From positions 178,608 through 242,607 of the IMG/VR virus record IMGVR_UViG_3300033073_001153: a stretch of 64,000 nt of DNA. One strand, written 5' to 3'. Shown one piece after another: positions 10,434-21,100 of this stretch. How positions within the stretch are numbered: position 1 is the first letter of the stretch; every line of letters begins with the position of its first letter. The notes under the pieces are model-generated. The model was not told the DNA's origin and did no database searches. It saw only the letters and a list, made by a program, of their open reading frames with translations. The stretch is from a virus. Its lineage: Duplodnaviria > Caudoviricetes. The position numbers were made by a program, and so were the translations under genes.

Positions 10434-11546
10434 ATGGATGATATTCTTGCAAAGCATTTAGCAAAAACATTGCTTTTTAAAGAAACTAAAAAATCGCCTT
10501 TAAAAAAATCTGATAATAATTACAAATACAAATTAATAGATGGAAAATACTATATAAATGTAGGGTCTAAATTATTTATATCAGAAAAAATAGGTATTTG
10601 GAAAAACAAAGATGTTGTAAAAGTAAATGATAGCAACTTTATCGTAATGGAAAATAGTAATACTATGATTCCATTAAATCATTTATCTAGAGAAGAATTT
10701 GAAAATAATTTCACAAGTATTGAAAATATTCCTAGAAATAAAAATTCAAATTTTCAATCAAAACCGTCTTTTTTACAATCTAGTAAAAAAGAAGAACCTG
10801 AAAAGCTCAAAAGTAAAATAGATTCGACAAAAAAAGAAGAACCTTCTTTCAAAAAAGAAAGAATAACAAATCCAATAAAATCAAAAGAAATTGAATCTCC
10901 ATCAAAAACTTCCGAATCTACATTAAAATATACAGATTCCGAAGAAATTACAGAACCTTCATTAAAAGAACCAACAGAATCAGAAGAAACGTCTACTGAA
11001 AAATATATAGATAATATTAAATCAGAAGAAATAGAAGAAGATGCCGAAGAAACTGCTGAAACAAATTCTTTTTTTGATTTATTAGATAAGAAAAAAGACG
11101 ATCCAAGAGTTAAAAAATTCTTTAATTATCATGCAGATGCAATGAAAAAAGAATTTACGCAAATTATAGAAAAAGTAAAATCTTCTCAAATGTCAAGAGC
11201 AATGGAAAGTGGGGGAGGAACAAATGCTGTTCAATATGCAAATGGCGGCACAATGGATGGAGATTTAAATGTTACTCATAGAATTGTAGCAGAAACTATA
11301 AATGATTTTGACGGAAGACAATTACTTTTTAAGAGAACATTCAATATAACTGGAGATGGATCAAATAAAGAATTTACATTTAATCATAATTTAAATACAA
11401 AAGACATTTTAATTAATGTTTATGATTCTGTAACTAGTCAATTAGTGTTTGTTACAAGTGTTAATACAGATTTAAATAATACCACAATAGAATTCCCAAA
11501 CAATCTACAAGTAGGTGAAAATTACAGAGTAATTTTAATTGCATAA
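10434..11546 (+). CDS. Hypothetical virion protein: charged N-terminal region and conserved C-terminal fibre domain
   Basis: ESGGGTNAVQYANGGTMDGDL...NHNLNTK...GENYRVILIA, shared with the next ORF. Confidence 0.7.
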   Translation: MDDILAKHLAKTLLFKETKKSPLKKSDNNYKYKLIDGKYYINVGSKLFISEKIGIWKNKDVVKVNDSNFIVMENSNTMIPLNHLSREEFENNFTSIENIPRNKNSNFQSKPSFLQSSKKEEPEKLKSKIDSTKKEEPSFKKERITNPIKSKEIESPSKTSESTLKYTDSEEITEPSLKEPTESEETSTEKYIDNIKSEEIEEDAEETAETNSFFDLLDKKKDDPRVKKFFNYHADAMKKEFTQIIEKVKSSQMSRAMESGGGTNAVQYANGGTMDGDLNVTHRIVAETINDFDGRQLLFKRTFNITGDGSNKEFTFNHNLNTKDILINVYDSVTSQLVFVTSVNTDLNNTTIEFPNNLQVGENYRVILIA

Positions 11547-12241
11547 TTAGCTTTTTTGAATGTTTCGTCTAAATAATGTTAAATGAAAGTCTCTCTAGAA
11601 GGTCAAGAAATTAAAAATTACCAGTTCACTTATGAAGGAGTGAATATGTTGGGCTTTGATTCTATAGATGAAATATATTTTGATGTTTTTGAAATTAAAA
11701 CAAAGCAATATCAAATTATAAAAGAAAAAAAAGAAGAAAAAAACGGTTTACCAGTAGTAGAATTAGACGTAACTGTAGATAATGTAGTTTTCAAAAACGT
11801 AAAATTCCAATTAACGAAAGAAAATGTTGTAAAAATAAATCAAAATACATTAAACAGAAGAAATGCTTCTATTATAGAAAATAAAATACCATTAATTAAT
11901 AAAAATAATAAACCTGCCTTAATTAAAGAACAAAATTTATCAAAAAAACCTATCGAAAAACCTGTAAAAGAAGAATTAAAAAAAATTATACAAAAAGAAT
12001 CTAAAACAGGATTAATAAAGCAGCTTATCAAGGAAAATACCGAAGAATTATTTAGAGAATTATTATTAACTGATAACGGAGATAAACAAATACAAAAATT
12101 TTTCGAAGGATATACAAATAGTTTCAAAAAAAGTTTCGTAGAAATGGCAGAAAAAATTGCCAGACGTGAATCTCTTCGTTTTAGTGAAAGCGGAGGAGGT
12201 TCAAATGCTGTTCAATATGCAAATGGCGGCACAATGGATGG
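11221..12241 (+). repeat. 40-nt perfect direct repeat (11221-11260 and 12202-12241)
   Basis: CAAATGCTGTTCAATATGCAAATGGCGGCACAATGGATGG is present identically in both paralogues. Confidence 0.85.
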
Positions 12242-12527
12242 TGATTTAACAGTAACACAAACCATAGTAGCAGAAAGTATTACAGACACAAAAGGAAGAC
12301 AATTAGTTTCTAAATTAGTTTTTAATATAATGGGAAATAATACAACAAGAACATATACACTTAATCATAATTTAGATACTAAAAATATTATTATAAATGT
12401 TTATGATATAAATACAGACGAATTGGTATTCGTTTCTTGTAAAAATATAGATAATAACAATACTACCATACAATTTCCAAATAATTTAATTTCTGGTGAA
12501 AATTATCGAGTAATTTTATTTGCTTAA
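11583..12527 (+). CDS. Paralogue of 10434-11546
   Basis: ESGGGSNAVQYANGGTMDGDL...NHNLDTK...GENYRVILFA. Confidence 0.7.
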   Translation: MKVSLEGQEIKNYQFTYEGVNMLGFDSIDEIYFDVFEIKTKQYQIIKEKKEEKNGLPVVELDVTVDNVVFKNVKFQLTKENVVKINQNTLNRRNASIIENKIPLINKNNKPALIKEQNLSKKPIEKPVKEELKKIIQKESKTGLIKQLIKENTEELFRELLLTDNGDKQIQKFFEGYTNSFKKSFVEMAEKIARRESLRFSESGGGSNAVQYANGGTMDGDLTVTQTIVAESITDTKGRQLVSKLVFNIMGNNTTRTYTLNHNLDTKNIIINVYDINTDELVFVSCKNIDNNNTTIQFPNNLISGENYRVILFA

Positions 12528-12545
12528 AACTAAATACTAAAACAT

Positions 12546-13217
12546 ATGTCAAATGTACGAATTCTCCAAGATGTAGTAATTTATAATTCATTAACAGCTT
12601 CCAGTAATTTATATGTAACAGAAAACGCAGTTGCAAAAAATTTAGCTGTAGGTGATTTTGGTAATGTTTCCCCAGATCCTACAAAAACACTTTATGTATC
12701 AGGAGATACCTTCATAGATGGTATGTTAACTGTTACTGGAAGTGCTAATTTTGTTAATACCACTTTTAGTACTACCAGCGCATTAAGTGTTGTAAACAAT
12801 GGAACTGGTCCTAGTATTGTTGGTATCCAAAATGGAGAAGAAGCAATTGCTGCTTTTTACGATGACACTGATATTGCACTTTGGGTTGATGGTGTAGCTT
12901 CTCGTCCCGGTTATGTTGGTATTGGTACAAAAGAACCAAACGAAAAATTAACAGTTGTAGGAAATATTTCTGCAAGTGGAAGAATTTATGGAAATGGAAT
13001 GCTCAGTAAATTCGTTTCTGCATTTGGAAATACTACTGATACTGTTTATACTATCACTCATGATTTAGGAGTACAAGATGTAGTAAGTACTGTTATTGAT
13101 AATTCTACTTTTGAAGTGGTTTATCCATCAGTAACATATACTGCTATGAATGAAATTACAGTAGAATTTTCAAATATTCCCGGAGATAACGCATATAAAG
13201 TTATTATTGTTGGATAA
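12546..13217 (+). CDS. Fibre-like structural protein
   Basis: VGIGTKEPNEKLTVVGNISASG fibre motif; FVNTTFSTTSALSV shared with the 13297 ORF; C-terminal ITHDLG domain like the two preceding genes. Confidence 0.7.
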   Translation: MSNVRILQDVVIYNSLTASSNLYVTENAVAKNLAVGDFGNVSPDPTKTLYVSGDTFIDGMLTVTGSANFVNTTFSTTSALSVVNNGTGPSIVGIQNGEEAIAAFYDDTDIALWVDGVASRPGYVGIGTKEPNEKLTVVGNISASGRIYGNGMLSKFVSAFGNTTDTVYTITHDLGVQDVVSTVIDNSTFEVVYPSVTYTAMNEITVEFSNIPGDNAYKVIIVG

Positions 13218-13240
13218 TTACTTAAAAATATATTTTTATA

Positions 13241-13276
13241 ATAACTCGTTCATTGATTTGAACGAGTTATTTTTTT
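13241..13276 (+). terminator. Rho-independent terminator
   Basis: ATAACTCGTTCA-TTGATT-TGAACGAGTTAT followed by a T-run. Confidence 0.8.
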
Positions 13277-13296
13277 ATTTTTTGATAAATAGTTGT

Positions 13297-16257
13297 ATGT
13301 CACGGTTTTTATCACCTAATGAAACTATTCAAGGAATAGCATCTGGAAAAGATTCTTATTGGGATAATGTTTATGCACACAATATTCTTTCTGGTAATGA
13401 AGGGTTTTTTACTCAAAATATATCAGCATACGAATTTATTGGAAAAGGGAGTGGGTTAACTGATGTATACGGAACAGATGGAACTAAATTGCCATTAAGT
13501 GGTGGTGTATTAACAGGACAATTAGATGGTACTACAGGAATTTTTACTACTTCATTAAGTGCTCCTAATTTAAGTGGAAGTTTTTATGGTGATGGAAGTG
13601 GTTTGACAAACGTAACCGGAATTGATGGCACTAAACTACCATTATCTGGAGGAAGAGTAGATGGAGATTTAGTAATTAACGGATCGCTTACTGCATTAAG
13701 TAGTGCTACTTTTGTTAATACGACATTTACAACTACTAGTGCATTGAGTGTTCTTAATTATGGTATTGGTCCTGCTTTGTATGTTTTTCAAACAAGTGGT
13801 CTATATGATATTGCTTCTTTTTATGATCAAGATTATGGTGAAGTTTTTCACATTGGTAATGACGGAAAAATAGGAGTTAAAGAATCAAGTCCAAATAAAG
13901 AATTAACAGTTAATGGAGAAATCAGCGCAAAAGGTGATATATGGGCTGATAAATTTCGTGGAGATGGAAGTCTTTTAACAAATATAGTAGGAACAGATGG
14001 TACTAAATTACCACTAAGTGGCGGTGTATTAACTGATTCTTTAACAGGAACTGTAGGGTTGTTTACAACTTCATTAAGTGCTCCTAATTTAAGTGGAAGT
14101 TTTTATGGAAATGGTAGTGGTTTGACAAATATAGTAGGAACAGATGGAACAAAACTACCACTAAGTGGGGGAACATTAACTGGTGGGATTACTGGAACTA
14201 CGGCTATATTTAATTCATTAAGTGTTGGAAGTATTAGTGGAAATTTTTACGGAGATGTATCAAACGGTACAAATGCTCCTCATTACTATGTAACATGTCG
14301 TACTGCTGTAAATCAAAGCGGAGAAATGAATATTAGTGTAAACCCGCATACATTTACATATTTTACTACTGGTGCTTTAACAGCAATAGATGGAGTAATT
14401 CCAGCAGTAGGTGATATTATTTTATTTGGAGGACAAACCACATCAACTCAAAGTGGTCCTTGGAAAGTTGTTAATGCTGGATCGGTAGGAGTTTCAGCAG
14501 TATTAGAACGTCCTGTATTTTTTAGAGGAACTGTTAAATTCGGAACATCTTTTACAATTTCTAAAGGAACAAGTTTTCAAGGAAGTACTTACAATCTTTT
14601 TTCTGCTCCTGCTGGAATTAATGATATTACAGTAGGATCTACAAATGTATTTTTTGGGATATCTTTTACTAGAGGAGCAAACAATGCTACAAATTCTACT
14701 AATACATTTACAGGAACACAAACTTTAGCAGTAGGAACTACTACACTAGCACCTTTAAGATTTCAAGCAGGTACATTATTAACCACACCAGTTCAAAATA
14801 CTGTAGAATGGGATGGTAATTTCATGTATCTTACTACATCTGGAGCAAATAGCGCAAGAACAACAAACGTAGTTTTTGTTTCCGCACCTGCTACTGGTTC
14901 TTCTTATGGATTAGCAGGACAAGTTGCTTATGATTCTAGTTTCTTCTATGTTTGTACTGCTACTAATACATGGTTAAAAGCACCATTAACAACATCTGGA
15001 GTATTAACAGATGGAACTAAATTACCATTAAGCGGTGGTATATTAACTGGATCATTAACAGGAACAACTGGTTTATTTACTACTTCATTAAGTGCTCCGA
15101 ATTTAAGTGGAACTTTTTATGGTGATGGAAGTAAATTAACCGGAATAATTACATCTGTAATAGATGGAACTAAATTACCATTAAGTGGTGGCGTATTAAC
15201 CGGACCATTAACTGGTACTGTTGGTTTATTTACTACATCGTTAAGTGCACCAAATCTTAGTGGAAGTTTTTATGGAAATGGTAGCGGTTTAACAAACATA
15301 ACAGGAACAGATGGAACCAAATTACCACTAAGTGGTGGTACTTTAACAGGTTCCTTGACAGGAACTGTAGGGTTGTTTACTACTTATTTGAGTTCTGTTA
15401 GTGTTAGTGGAACTTTTTATGGTGATGGTAGTAAATTAACAGGAATTTTAGGAACAGATGGAACTAAATTACCATTAAGTGGTGGTACATTAACTGGTTC
15501 ATTAACAGGAACAACTGGATTATTTACTACTTCATTAAGTGCTCCTAATTTAAGCGGAACATTTTATGGAAATGGTAGCGGTTTAACAAATGTAACAGGA
15601 ACAGATGGTACTAAGTTACCGCTAAGTGGTGGTGTATTAACTGATTCCTTAACAGGAACAACTGGATTATTTACTATCTCATTAAGTGCTCCTAATTTAA
15701 GCGGAACATTTTATGGTGATGGAAGTAAATTAACAGGAATAGCTGGTGGTGGTGGCGGAACAGATGGTACTAAACTACCATTAAGTGGTGGTACATTGAC
15801 TGGAGGAATTACTGGAACAACTGCAACTTTTACAAATTCAGTAAGTTCGCCAAATATTAGTGGAACATTTTATGGTGATGGTGGAAATCTTTATAATATA
15901 CAATCACAAATAAACTTTATATTCGATGGAAGTGGTAGTACTGTTGCTCTAAATTCAATAGGAACAGTTCAAATACCATACAATATAAAAATTGTATCAT
16001 GGACATTATTATCTAATTTATCATCAACTACAGAAGTTCAGGTATTAACTTCTAATTATGCTAATCATCCAACATATACTCTAATATCAGGAACTACAAA
16101 TTCTCCAAAATTAGTTAATTCAACTAAAGCAGAATCTTCTTCTATGACAGATTGGGTTACTGCAATACCTGCAAATTATTATTTGCAATTTAAAGTAAAT
16201 TCCAATGATTCAGCAACTAATTTAACAATTGCTCTTAAATGTTTAAGAAGTAGTTAA
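13297..16257 (+). CDS. Long fibre protein with ten DGTKLPLSGG repeats (start revised from 13207 to ATG 13297)
   Basis: Repeat of about 49 aa, GTDGTKLPLSGGxLTGxLTGTxGLFTTSLSAPNLSGxFYGxGSxLT. A terminator and TAAATA (13286-13291) lie within the longer ORF call. Confidence 0.75.
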   Translation: MSRFLSPNETIQGIASGKDSYWDNVYAHNILSGNEGFFTQNISAYEFIGKGSGLTDVYGTDGTKLPLSGGVLTGQLDGTTGIFTTSLSAPNLSGSFYGDGSGLTNVTGIDGTKLPLSGGRVDGDLVINGSLTALSSATFVNTTFTTTSALSVLNYGIGPALYVFQTSGLYDIASFYDQDYGEVFHIGNDGKIGVKESSPNKELTVNGEISAKGDIWADKFRGDGSLLTNIVGTDGTKLPLSGGVLTDSLTGTVGLFTTSLSAPNLSGSFYGNGSGLTNIVGTDGTKLPLSGGTLTGGITGTTAIFNSLSVGSISGNFYGDVSNGTNAPHYYVTCRTAVNQSGEMNISVNPHTFTYFTTGALTAIDGVIPAVGDIILFGGQTTSTQSGPWKVVNAGSVGVSAVLERPVFFRGTVKFGTSFTISKGTSFQGSTYNLFSAPAGINDITVGSTNVFFGISFTRGANNATNSTNTFTGTQTLAVGTTTLAPLRFQAGTLLTTPVQNTVEWDGNFMYLTTSGANSARTTNVVFVSAPATGSSYGLAGQVAYDSSFFYVCTATNTWLKAPLTTSGVLTDGTKLPLSGGILTGSLTGTTGLFTTSLSAPNLSGTFYGDGSKLTGIITSVIDGTKLPLSGGVLTGPLTGTVGLFTTSLSAPNLSGSFYGNGSGLTNITGTDGTKLPLSGGTLTGSLTGTVGLFTTYLSSVSVSGTFYGDGSKLTGILGTDGTKLPLSGGTLTGSLTGTTGLFTTSLSAPNLSGTFYGNGSGLTNVTGTDGTKLPLSGGVLTDSLTGTTGLFTISLSAPNLSGTFYGDGSKLTGIAGGGGGTDGTKLPLSGGTLTGGITGTTATFTNSVSSPNISGTFYGDGGNLYNIQSQINFIFDGSGSTVALNSIGTVQIPYNIKIVSWTLLSNLSSTTEVQVLTSNYANHPTYTLISGTTNSPKLVNSTKAESSSMTDWVTAIPANYYLQFKVNSNDSATNLTIALKCLRSS

Positions 16258-16535
16258 GAATCAAGAGATGGTGGTGATTTAATTCGTTCTACGTAATCAT
16301 CACCATCTTTTTTCATTACAGAAAGCCATTTAAATACTTCTTTTGAAAATTCATGCTGTTTTGAATCTTCTACATTTGAAAGATAACGATCAAAAATTAG
16401 ATACATTAATCCACCTACCCATGCCGGGTCAATTTCATGTGATTGGACATCTTCTATAGCTGGATTCCACTCTCCAAATTCATTTTTTAATCGATGAATT
16501 TTGAAAATTAATTCTGTTTCAACAAAATCGCTCAT
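16254..16535 (-). CDS. Hypothetical protein
   Basis: 93-aa ORF coupled to the upstream gene. Confidence 0.7.
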   Translation of the reverse strand: MSDFVETELIFKIHRLKNEFGEWNPAIEDVQSHEIDPAWVGGLMYLIFDRYLSNVEDSKQHEFSKEVFKWLSVMKKDGDDYVERIKSPPSLDS

Positions 16536-16807
16536 TATCTGTTTTTTCCTAAAGTTTTAATAGAACAAAAACAATTTTCGTAAATATCACATTTAATACA
16601 AGTTCTATCACTATCTAAAAATCTATTAGGAAATAAACATGTTCCTTTTGTAAGGAATTCTACTTCTGCTTTATCTTTCTTTAAATTAACTGGAAATGTT
16701 CTTTTACCAACAAAATTATAATCTTCCGCCGCTTCTAATAAATTATTCAATTGAATAGATTTTTTAGTATTATACTTACCCCTTTTTTTGTTTTCTTCTT
16801 CTTTCAT
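16535..16807 (-). CDS. Small basic protein with Cys-rich C-terminus
   Basis: C-x12-CxxC-x5-CxC cluster. Confidence 0.65.
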   Translation of the reverse strand: MKEEENKKRGKYNTKKSIQLNNLLEAAEDYNFVGKRTFPVNLKKDKAEVEFLTKGTCLFPNRFLDSDRTCIKCDIYENCFCSIKTLGKNR

Positions 16808-16813
16808 TTATTT

Positions 16814-17305
16814 TTAGATTTCAGGAATTTCTTTATTTTTCTTTTTTCCTTTTTTATTGCCTATAGATTCGTTTCTATAATCATATTCTTCGTAATCTTC
16901 CCATACATCTTCTGGAGTTGGAGTAATTGTATTAAAATAATCATCTTCAGTAGGAAGTACAGTACTAAAATTATTAAATTGATCTAGTGATTCCACAATA
17001 GGATCTATTAAAGAAGAATTATTCCAACAATTTTGATAAAATTCTAATCCTTTTGATACTGCTTCAAAACATGCATATAAATAAGTATTTTTCTTATCAT
17101 AAAATACTTGTCTATATAATGAAAATGCTAACTCATCTCCAATTTCTTTATACTTATCTGCAATAGAAGGAGACAATTTCTTCAAAATTGAAGATCTCAC
17201 TGTGGATGCATCCTGTTTCTTGCTATCGAATTTTAAATTTTCGATAAAAATCCAGAAGTTTTGTGTTGCTTCTTTCCCGAATTTATTAATTATTTCTTGC
17301 TGCAT
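16814..17305 (-). CDS. Hypothetical protein
   Basis: 163-aa ORF in operon context. Confidence 0.7.
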   Translation of the reverse strand: MQQEIINKFGKEATQNFWIFIENLKFDSKKQDASTVRSSILKKLSPSIADKYKEIGDELAFSLYRQVFYDKKNTYLYACFEAVSKGLEFYQNCWNNSSLIDPIVESLDQFNNFSTVLPTEDDYFNTITPTPEDVWEDYEEYDYRNESIGNKKGKKKNKEIPEI

Positions 17306-17359
17306 TTAGGTTTTAATAATAAAGGTTGACATGTTCAGTATTATATTACCATAATGCCT

Positions 17360-18067
17360 CTATTTTTCAACTCGTTCTTTTTTGTTTTTTAAAATATCTC
17401 TTACAGTTGGCTTCATGTAAATACATGCATATTCTTGCCAAAATGTTTTTTCTGAAAATTCTCGTAGATAAAAAATTCTTAATCCTGCACATTTTTTACC
17501 TGACAACTTTTCATGCATATGTGCATAAATAGACATTTGAATAGTATAAGTTGTAAATTCACACTGGGGTAGATATTCGATTGGTTCGTAGAAATACTCG
17601 TTATATTTGTTATCAAAATTAAAACGCTTGTTCGTTTTAAAATCCATTACATGAAAAATGTCTCCATTCTCTACAATAAGGTCTGCGGTTCCTGCTAGTT
17701 TATCTTCATGTGAATAAAGAAGAACTTCACTGAGTACATTTGAATCTGGTTTTAAAATACCATTTGTTTTTTTGATAAAAGAATTCACGAGTTCTTCGTA
17801 ACCCTTTTCAATTTTATTAAATTTAATATAATTCTCCATGACTAAATGGACATTCGTACCACGAGTTTGTGCGGTTGTGGTAATTTCACTCCATTTGTCA
17901 AGAATTTCTTGTTGAGATTTTCCTTCTCTTTGAGCTACGTGTTTACTCCATTTGTCACTGTCAAATTTCTTTTTAAAAGAATTGATTAACGTAGTTACAG
18001 AAGTGTACGTTTCTCCAGTTTCAGTGTTGGTGTAAGTATGTGTATCGTGATCTAGAATTACAGGCAT
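17360..18067 (-). CDS. PD-(D/E)XK exonuclease (RecB/Cas4/lambda-exo-like)
   Basis: SVTTLI, RGTNVH, SE..LY, AGTADL, DFKT and Y.IQMS.YA motifs. Confidence 0.85.
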   Translation of the reverse strand: MPVILDHDTHTYTNTETGETYTSVTTLINSFKKKFDSDKWSKHVAQREGKSQQEILDKWSEITTTAQTRGTNVHLVMENYIKFNKIEKGYEELVNSFIKKTNGILKPDSNVLSEVLLYSHEDKLAGTADLIVENGDIFHVMDFKTNKRFNFDNKYNEYFYEPIEYLPQCEFTTYTIQMSIYAHMHEKLSGKKCAGLRIFYLREFSEKTFWQEYACIYMKPTVRDILKNKKERVEK

Positions 18068-18073
18068 TTTTAC

Positions 18074-18102
18074 ACTTTAATCAAAAGAATAAAAAATGTA
18101 AA
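18074..18102 (-). promoter_or_regulatory. Sigma70-like promoter for the exonuclease operon
   Basis: TTTACA-17 nt-TAAAGT on the - strand, ending 6 nt before ATG 18067. Confidence 0.5.
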
Positions 18103-18114
18103 GAAAAAAAATCA

Positions 18115-21100
18115 CTAAGCACCTATAATCGAAACAGTATCTCCTAAATTTTTAGACTCGTATATATATCCTAAATTTCCTCCAAATACTCCAAATATTA
18201 GTATTTTTCCATCAGATGACATTGCTACAGAACTCCATCTTCTATTTGTTTCTTTAGCTGTCCATGTATTACCAGAATCTGTTGAAATATATATTTGTCC
18301 ATATTCTACAACTGCTGCTTGTATTGTCCCATCAGATGACATTGCTACAGAATTCCATCTTCTATTTGTTTCTTTAGCTGTCCATGTATTTCCAGAATCA
18401 GTAGAAATATATATTTGTCCTCCATCTACAACTGCTGTCTGTTTGGTTCCATCTGATGACATTGCTACAGAACTCCAATTTCTTTCTGTTTCTTTAGCTG
18501 TCCATGTATTTCCAGAATAAATCTCTATTCGGTTACCTGTAATTGCTGTTCGTATTTTTCCATCAGATGAAATTGCTAATTTTTCAACGGGTTTTTTAAG
18601 TGAAGTTATCAGATCACTTGTCCAAGTATTTCCAGAATCTGTAGAACTATATACTTCTCCATTCGATATACCTATCATTATTATTTTTCCATCAGATGAC
18701 ATTACTACTTGATACAAACTTGTAATTACATCTCCTAGTTTTTTAGGTGTCCAACTATTTCCCGAATCTTTAGAAATATATAAATTATCATCATTTAAAG
18801 CAACTGCTGCTTGTATTTTTCCATCAGATGACATTGCTAAGTAACGCCATGTTCTTTTTGATTCTTTAGGTGTCCAAGTATATCCAGAATCAGAAGAAAT
18901 ATATATTTGTCCATCCGAAACAACTGCTGTTTGTTTGGTTGCATCAGATGACATTGCTACAGAAACCCATGATTTTGGTTTAATAAATAACTCAAATATA
19001 GATTCTTTAACTTTCCAAGTCTCTCCAAAATCAGAAGAAACATAGATTTGTCCACCATCTACAACTGCTGCTTGTATTTTTCCATCAGATGACATTGCTA
19101 CGGATTTCCAATTTCTTTTTGTTTCTTTAGGTGTCCATGTGTTACCAGAATCTATAGAAATGTATATTTTGTCACTGTTAGCAACTGCGGTTTGTTTGGT
19201 TCCATCAGATGACATTGCTACAGAATACCATGCTCTTTTTGATTCTTTAGGTGTCCAAGTATTTCCAGAATCAGTAGAAATATATATTTGTTCATTAACA
19301 GCAACTGCTGTCTGTTTGGTTCCATCAGATGACATTGCTACAGAACGCCAACTTCTATTTGATTCTTTAGGTGTCCAAGTATTTCCAGAATCAGTAGAAA
19401 CATATATTTGTCCGAAATTGTTAGTAGTAACTGTTGGTCCTGCAACTGCTGTTTGTATTTTTCCATCAGATGATATTGCTATACTATTCCAGTATCTGTC
19501 TGATTCTTTAGAAATCCAAGTATCTCCAGAATCAGTAGAAATATAAATTTGACCAAGGTTAGAAACTGCGGTTTGTTTGGTTCCATCAGGTGATATTGCT
19601 ACTGAATAAGATTGTGTACCTAATAATTTAGGTGTCCAATTATTTCCATAATCTGTAGAAATAAATATAAAATCATCAGGTCCAACTGCTGTTTGTATTT
19701 TTCCATCAGATGACATTGATACGGACCTCCAAGTTCTAATTGTTTCTTTAGCTATCCATGTATCTCCAGAATCAGTGGAAATATATATATATCCATTTCT
19801 TGCAACTGCTGTTTGTATGGTTCCGTCAGATGACATTGCTATATCACTCCATTGTCTATCTTTTATTACTATCTTCATAGTATTCGGATTAATTTTTGGA
19901 TTAATAATTGTTAAAACTTCTTTCAAATTGACTGTATCACTATCAACACTCCCATAAGAATTACTAACTACACAATTGTAATTATCAAAATCAGTATTTG
20001 TTACTGAATTTATTGTATAAGTGCTATTTGTTGCTCCAAGGATAGGAGATCCGTCTTTGTTCCACTGATAACTTAATGGTGTGCTACCACCAGCAACTAC
20101 ACTAAATGTAACATTAGATCCTGTACTTACTGTTTGCGAAACTGGTTGAGTCACTATTGTAGGTAATATACCCACTATTAAATCAACTGAATTACTTGTT
20201 ACGCTACCTATTAAATTACTTACAACACAATCTATACCATTTACATCTTTAGTTGGATTACTTATTGTGTATTTTCTGTTAGTTTCGCCCGCAACATTCA
20301 CACCATTTATTCTCCATTGATAATTTAATGGTGTACTTCCAGTTGCATCTACTTCAAAAGTAACTTGCACCAATGCGGTCGTTACTTGTGATTTGGGTTG
20401 AAGCGTAATTGTAGGTACTACTAAAGTAGTAACTTCCCAATCAGTAAATTCACTCAATTCACTTAATACAAAAGTGCTATCTTCTGCTAAGATAGAATTA
20501 CTATCACCTATACTTAATACAGCATTTTTACTAGTTATACTTTCTGAAAATGTATTTGCTACACAATAATAAGTAGCAATATCACTTAATTGTGAAACAA
20601 ATATTAATGAAGTTTGATCATCTGTAACAGAAATAGGAGTTCCATCTTTTCTTCTCCATTTATATGATATAATACCAGTACCTCCGTAAGCACTAGCAGT
20701 AAAAGTAACAGTTTCTCCTAAATTTACAGAAATATCGGAAGGTTCTATATACCATGTTAATTTAGTAGGAACTACTATAGGAGGAACTACCGTAGCACAT
20801 GCAGATAAAACTCTAATTTTATCAGTAATGGTATTTATTTCATTTTGAAGTTTGGCACAACATCCCGCATCAGCAATTAATATCAATTCACATGATAATG
20901 GAGTACATTTTGTAATATATGTTTTTGCAGTAGATTTATCATAAACAATATCACCATGTACAGCTTCTGGTGGAACAATTGGGGGTTCTCCTAAAAAATT
21001 TTTGACGTAATTTCTGTTTGAAACTAAAATTCCACCTTGTGTGTTTCCATTTCCAATATATAGCCGTTGTTTGTCAATAGAATATACAAGTTCGCCTTCT

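Noticed and set aside
13207-13296. N-terminal extensions of ORF calls 13207, 39774 and 47886
   Set aside because: They overlap a terminator, promoter motifs or neighbouring genes; the downstream ATGs (13297, 39861, 47859) fit better.
17326-17355. TTGACA-18 nt-CATAAT + strand promoter and ORF 17326-17532
   Set aside because: It would be antisense to the exonuclease, the ORF looks non-coding, and chance matches are likely in AT-rich DNA.
18130-19860. CRISPR array or DGR variable region
   Set aside because: The repeats are in-frame, degenerate 120-bp coding units without unique spacers. No reverse transcriptase or non-coding template repeat is present in the window.
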